Below, one piece after another: positions 60,107 through 64,000 of a stretch of DNA of 64,000 nucleotides; position 1 is the stretch's first letter; each line of letters opens with the position of its first letter. The stretch lies in assembly GCA_964016885.1 (NCBI GenBank), contig OZ024741.1, positions 402,194,001 to 402,258,000 of the forward strand, read 5' to 3'. The notes beneath the pieces are model-generated. The model ran no database searches, was not told the origin of the DNA, and was given only the letters and a program-made list of their open reading frames with translations. The DNA comes from Eledone cirrhosa (taxonomy: Eukaryota). The position numbers were made by a program, and so were the translations under genes.

Positions 60107-61076
60107 TGGAGGTACATGGCCTAGTGGTAAGGGTGTTGGACTTATGACCATACTGGCGTGGGCTCAATTCCTGGACTGGGTGGGTTGTGTTCTTGAGCGA
60201 AACACTTCTTTTCAAATTGCTCCAGTATGTGTGTGTGTGTGACAGCTCACACCTATGTGTGCGTGTGTGACAGCTCACACCTATGCAGGTTTAGCTGGCC
60301 TCCTCCAATGTATATCTCATTGGAGGTGTCTTGGGTAATTTAATGATAGGGACCCCGGTCCTATCATCTCATTTCTACAGCTGAGTAAACTGGAGCAACA
60401 TGAAATAAAGTGTCTTGCTCAAGGAAACAACACATCACCTGGTCCGTGAATTGAACTTACAACCTTTTGATTGCAAACCCAATGCTCTAACCACTAAGCC
60501 ATGCACCTGGTATATATATATATATACACTATGTAAAGTCTATATACCCATTGTACAGTATATATTATACACTATATATATATTATATATACACTATGTA
60601 CAGTATATATTATACACTATATATATATTATATATACACTATGTACAGTATATATTATACACTATATATGTTGTCCAAGGGAAAGGCAATGTCTAATACA
60701 GCTTGGCACCAGTGACATCACAACTCATTTCTACAGCTGAGTAAACTGGAGCAACGAGAAATAAAGTGTCTTGCTCAAGGAAACAACACATCACCCGGTC
60801 TGAGAATTAAACTCACAACCTTTCGATTGCAAGGCCAATGCTCTAACCACTAAGCCATGCCCCTTCACATTGCTCCAGTATACTCAACTGAAAATGAATA
60901 CCAGCAATAGCTGGGGGGTTAACACTGCAACGGACTGGATCCTGTCCAGGGGGGAGTTGTACTCTGTCACTTAGCATCACAGAAACCAGCCTGATGAGCC
61001 TCCAAGCCTCGAGACAGACTTTAGATATATTAACCACCCTTGCAGGGACAGCGGATGTTAAATGATGATGATGATG
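60107..61076. mobile_element. Cluster of CORE-like SINE pieces: + head 60107-60228, - copies 60343-60508 and 60670-60861, + body/tail 60864-61076
   Basis: tRNA heads, CORE-like segments, (GAT)n tail at ~61062-61076. Confidence 0.8.
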
Positions 61077-61413
61077 TGTAATAAGAATGTAAATTTCTCT
61101 TAAGTGAGAAAGTGCTATATTTAAGAAGTAATCTTAGCAATATTGTTTTTTATGTTAAGGCAAATGGTAGATAAAATAATCTTAGATGAAATACCAGTTT
61201 ATTCCAATTGATATTGCCTCAGGTTCTTGGAGCTATTCTTGACAGCTAACTAAAGTGAATAACATAAAGAAAGTCTATTGCCCAAATATACAACAAACTC
61301 CTCTTCCTCCAACTCTTCTTCTTCGTCTTCTTTCCTCTCTTTTTATTTTTCCTCCTTCCCTTCCCCCTTTTCTTCGTTTTCTTTTTCTTCTTCTCCCACT
61401 TATTCTTGGGAGG

Positions 61414-63027
61414 ATTGTGGGGGCAGTCTTCAAGTATTCCATCCACTGGGTCCTATCAGAAGCAGCAACTGTCTCCAATTGTGGGGACAGTCTTCAAGTA
61501 CTCCATTTAGTGGGTCCTATCAGAAGCAGCAACTGTCTCCAATTGTGGGGGCAGTCTTCAAGTACTCCATCCACTGGGTCCTATCAGAAGCAGCAACTGT
61601 CTCCAATTGTGGGGGCAGTCTTCAAGTACTCCATCTAGTGGGTCCTATCAGAAGCAGCAACTGTCTCCAATTGTGGGGGCAGTCTTCAAGTACTCCATCT
61701 AGTGGGTCCTATCAGAAACAGCAACTGTCTCCAATTGTGGGGGCAGTCTTCAAGTACTCCATTTAGTGGGTCCTATCAGAAGCAGCAACTGTCTCCAATT
61801 GTGGGGGCAGTCTTCAAGTACTCCATCTAGTGGGTCCTATCAGAAGCAGCAACTGTCTCCAATTGTGGGGGCAGTCTTCAAGTACTCCATCTAGTGGGTC
61901 CTATCAGAAACAGCAACTGTCTCCAATTGTGGGGGCAGTCTTCAAGTACTCCATTTAGTGGGTCCTATCAGAAGCAGCAACTGTCTCCAATTGTGGGGGC
62001 AGTCTTCAAGTACTCCATCTAGTGGGTCCTATCAGAAGCAGCAACTGTCTCCAATTGTGGGGGCAGTCTTCAAGTACTCCATCTAGTGGGTCCTATCAGA
62101 AGCAGCAACTGTCTCCAATTGTGGGGGCAGTCTTCAAGTACTCCATCTAGTGGGTCCTATCAGAAGCAGCAACTGTCTCCAATTGTGGGGGCAGTCTTCA
62201 AGTACTCCATCTAGTGGGTCCTATCAGAAGCAGCAACTGTCTCCAATTGTGGGGGCAGTCTTCAAGTACTCCATCTAGTGGGTCCTATCAGAAGCAGCAA
62301 CTGTCTCCAATTGTGGGGGCAGTATCTTCAAGTACTCCATCTAGTGGGTCCTATCAGAAGCAGCAACTGTCTCCAATTGTGGGGGCAGTCTTCAAGTACT
62401 CCATCCACTGGGTCCTATCAGAAACAGCAACTGTCTCCAATTGTGAGGGCAGTCTTCAAGTACTACATCTAGTGGGTCCTATCAGAAGCAGCAACTGTCT
62501 CCAATTGTGGGGGCAGTCTTCAAGTACTCCATCTAGTGGGTCCTATCAGAAACAGCAACTGTCTCCAATTGTGGGGGCAGTCTTCAAGTACTCCATCTAG
62601 TGGGTCCTATCAGAAGCAGCAACTGTCTCCAATTGTGGTGGCAGTCTTCAAGTACTCCATCTAGTGGGTCCTATCAGAAACAGCAACTGTCTCCAATTGT
62701 GGGGGCAGTCTTCAAGTACTCCATCTAGTGGGTCCTATCAGATGCAGCAACTGTCTCCAATTGTGGGGGCAGTATCTTCAAGTACTCCATCTAGTGGGTC
62801 TTATCAGAAGCAGCAACTGTCTCCAATTGTGGGGGCTGTCTTCAAGTACTCCATCCACTGGGTCCTATCAGAAACAGCAACTGTCTCCAATTGTGAGGGC
62901 AGTCTTCAAGTACTCCATCTAGTGGGTCCTATCAGAAGCAGCAACTGTCTCCAATTGTGGGGGCAGTCTTCAAGTACTCCATCAAGTGGGTCCTATCAGA
63001 AGCAGCAACTGTCTCCAATTGTGGGGT
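61414..63027. repeat. 64-bp satellite, ~25 units
   Basis: Unit ATTGTGGGGGCAGTCTTCAAGTACTCCATCTAGTGGGTCCTATCAGAAGCAGCAACTGTCTCCA; no unique spacers. Confidence 0.98.
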
Positions 63028-63448
63028 CCCCAAGTGTGACCACCTAAGCTCATAAATGTTATCCAACCATCTTGCTCAGGTTCCACCCTGGGTCTCCTGT
63101 CATGCCAGAGTGTTTTATCCATAAAATCTGTCCAGTGCTTCTTTTCTGAGACAGTCTACAGCTTCATTAATTCCCCAAGGCCTGGAAATAATTAATGGGT
63201 TAAGGAAACCTTGTATTTCAAAAAGTATTATTTTAAAAGTTGTAAAATTCTAATTTCTCATCAAAGTATTCTGCTACGAGAGAAGGTGTGGCTGGAACTA
63301 TTTAGATTTTCAATTTATTTCTGCTTTAGTTTTATAGCAAAAAAAAAAAAAAAAATTCCGTGCTGACAGTTGCACCAAGTCTCTTGCTGATGAAATGAGA
63401 TAATTCTGCTAAAGCAATCAAAGGTAGTAGTTTTAGATTGGGAAATGG

Positions 63449-63664
63449 ATTTAAACCAGCCATATCCGGCCAGAATTCTCTCACCTCTTTCTCTTCAAAC
63501 CAGCTGTAACCAGCCACTCATACTGATGTTAAGGTATTATTCTCAAAATAAATAATATCAAAATAAATAATATCAAAATCTCATAGATTCGATATTATGT
63601 GAGATATTAAGCCTTTACCGCAAAAATACAATAGTATATATAGAGTAATGTGAATGCTAAAGGG
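63449..63664 (+). mobile_element. piggyBac-like MITE lacking its left TIR
   Basis: Homologous to 40295-40755; ends TGAATGCTAAAGGG-TTAA. Confidence 0.8.
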
Positions 63665-63721
63665 TTAAGAATGCCATGGCAGGCTTTGAACTCAGAATAT
63701 AAAGAGCCAAAACAAATACAA

Positions 63722-64000
63722 GACATCTCACCTAAAGTTAAAACTATTAGTTCACCTGTCTAAATATCTCACTAAAGTTAAAACTATTAGTTCACCTGTC
63801 TAAATATCTCACCTAAAGTTATAACTGTTAGTTCACCTGTCTAAATATCTTACTTGAAGTTATAACTGTTAGTTCACCTGTCTAAACACCACACCTGAAG
63901 TTATAACTGTTAGTTCACCTATCTAAACACCACACCTGAAGTTATAACTGCTAGTTCACCTGTCTAAACACCACACCTGAAGTTATAACTGTTAGTTCAC
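63722..64000. repeat. 41-bp tandem repeat (runs off window)
   Basis: AGTTCACCT recurs at 63749, 63789, 63830, 63871, 63912 and onward. Confidence 0.95.

Noticed and set aside
60985-61020. CTGATGAG as a hammerhead core
   Set aside because: Followed by GAGAC rather than GAAAC, with no closing stem I; part of a SINE tail.
61414-63027. Possible CRISPR array
   Set aside because: Head-to-tail 64-bp units without unique spacers, no cas genes, eukaryotic context; traceable to a LINE.

Overview
Repeat-only eukaryotic DNA with no recognisable host gene; the SINE and LINE families and the kilobase (TA)n-derived arrays suggest a cephalopod such as Octopus (inference). About 20 kb is interrupted (TA)n microsatellite, and all the YIYI/MYVC 'ORFs' are artefacts of it. 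Stacked into these arrays are mostly 5'-truncated non-LTR retrotransposons. RTE families A and B carry a C4HC3 PHD-type zinc finger inserted inside the reverse transcriptase. Also present are RTE family C, a near-full-length APE+RT RTE (family D), a CR1/L2-type LINE, a ~600-bp bipartite non-autonomous RTE (3 copies), and tRNA-derived SINEs whose 3' parts match LINEs in the window. Other elements: a decayed autonomous Helitron and a non-autonomous relative, piggyBac-like and TIR MITEs, CRE-type and Penelope-like fragments, palindromes containing minimal hammerhead-ribozyme motifs, several minisatellites (one grown out of a LINE 3' end), and a 200-N gap. The best candidate for an undescribed system is the PHD-bearing RTE group that inserts into TA microsatellites and makes long (~90 bp) target duplications, potentially expanding its own target arrays. 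Family letters are my own labels and all alignments were done by eye.
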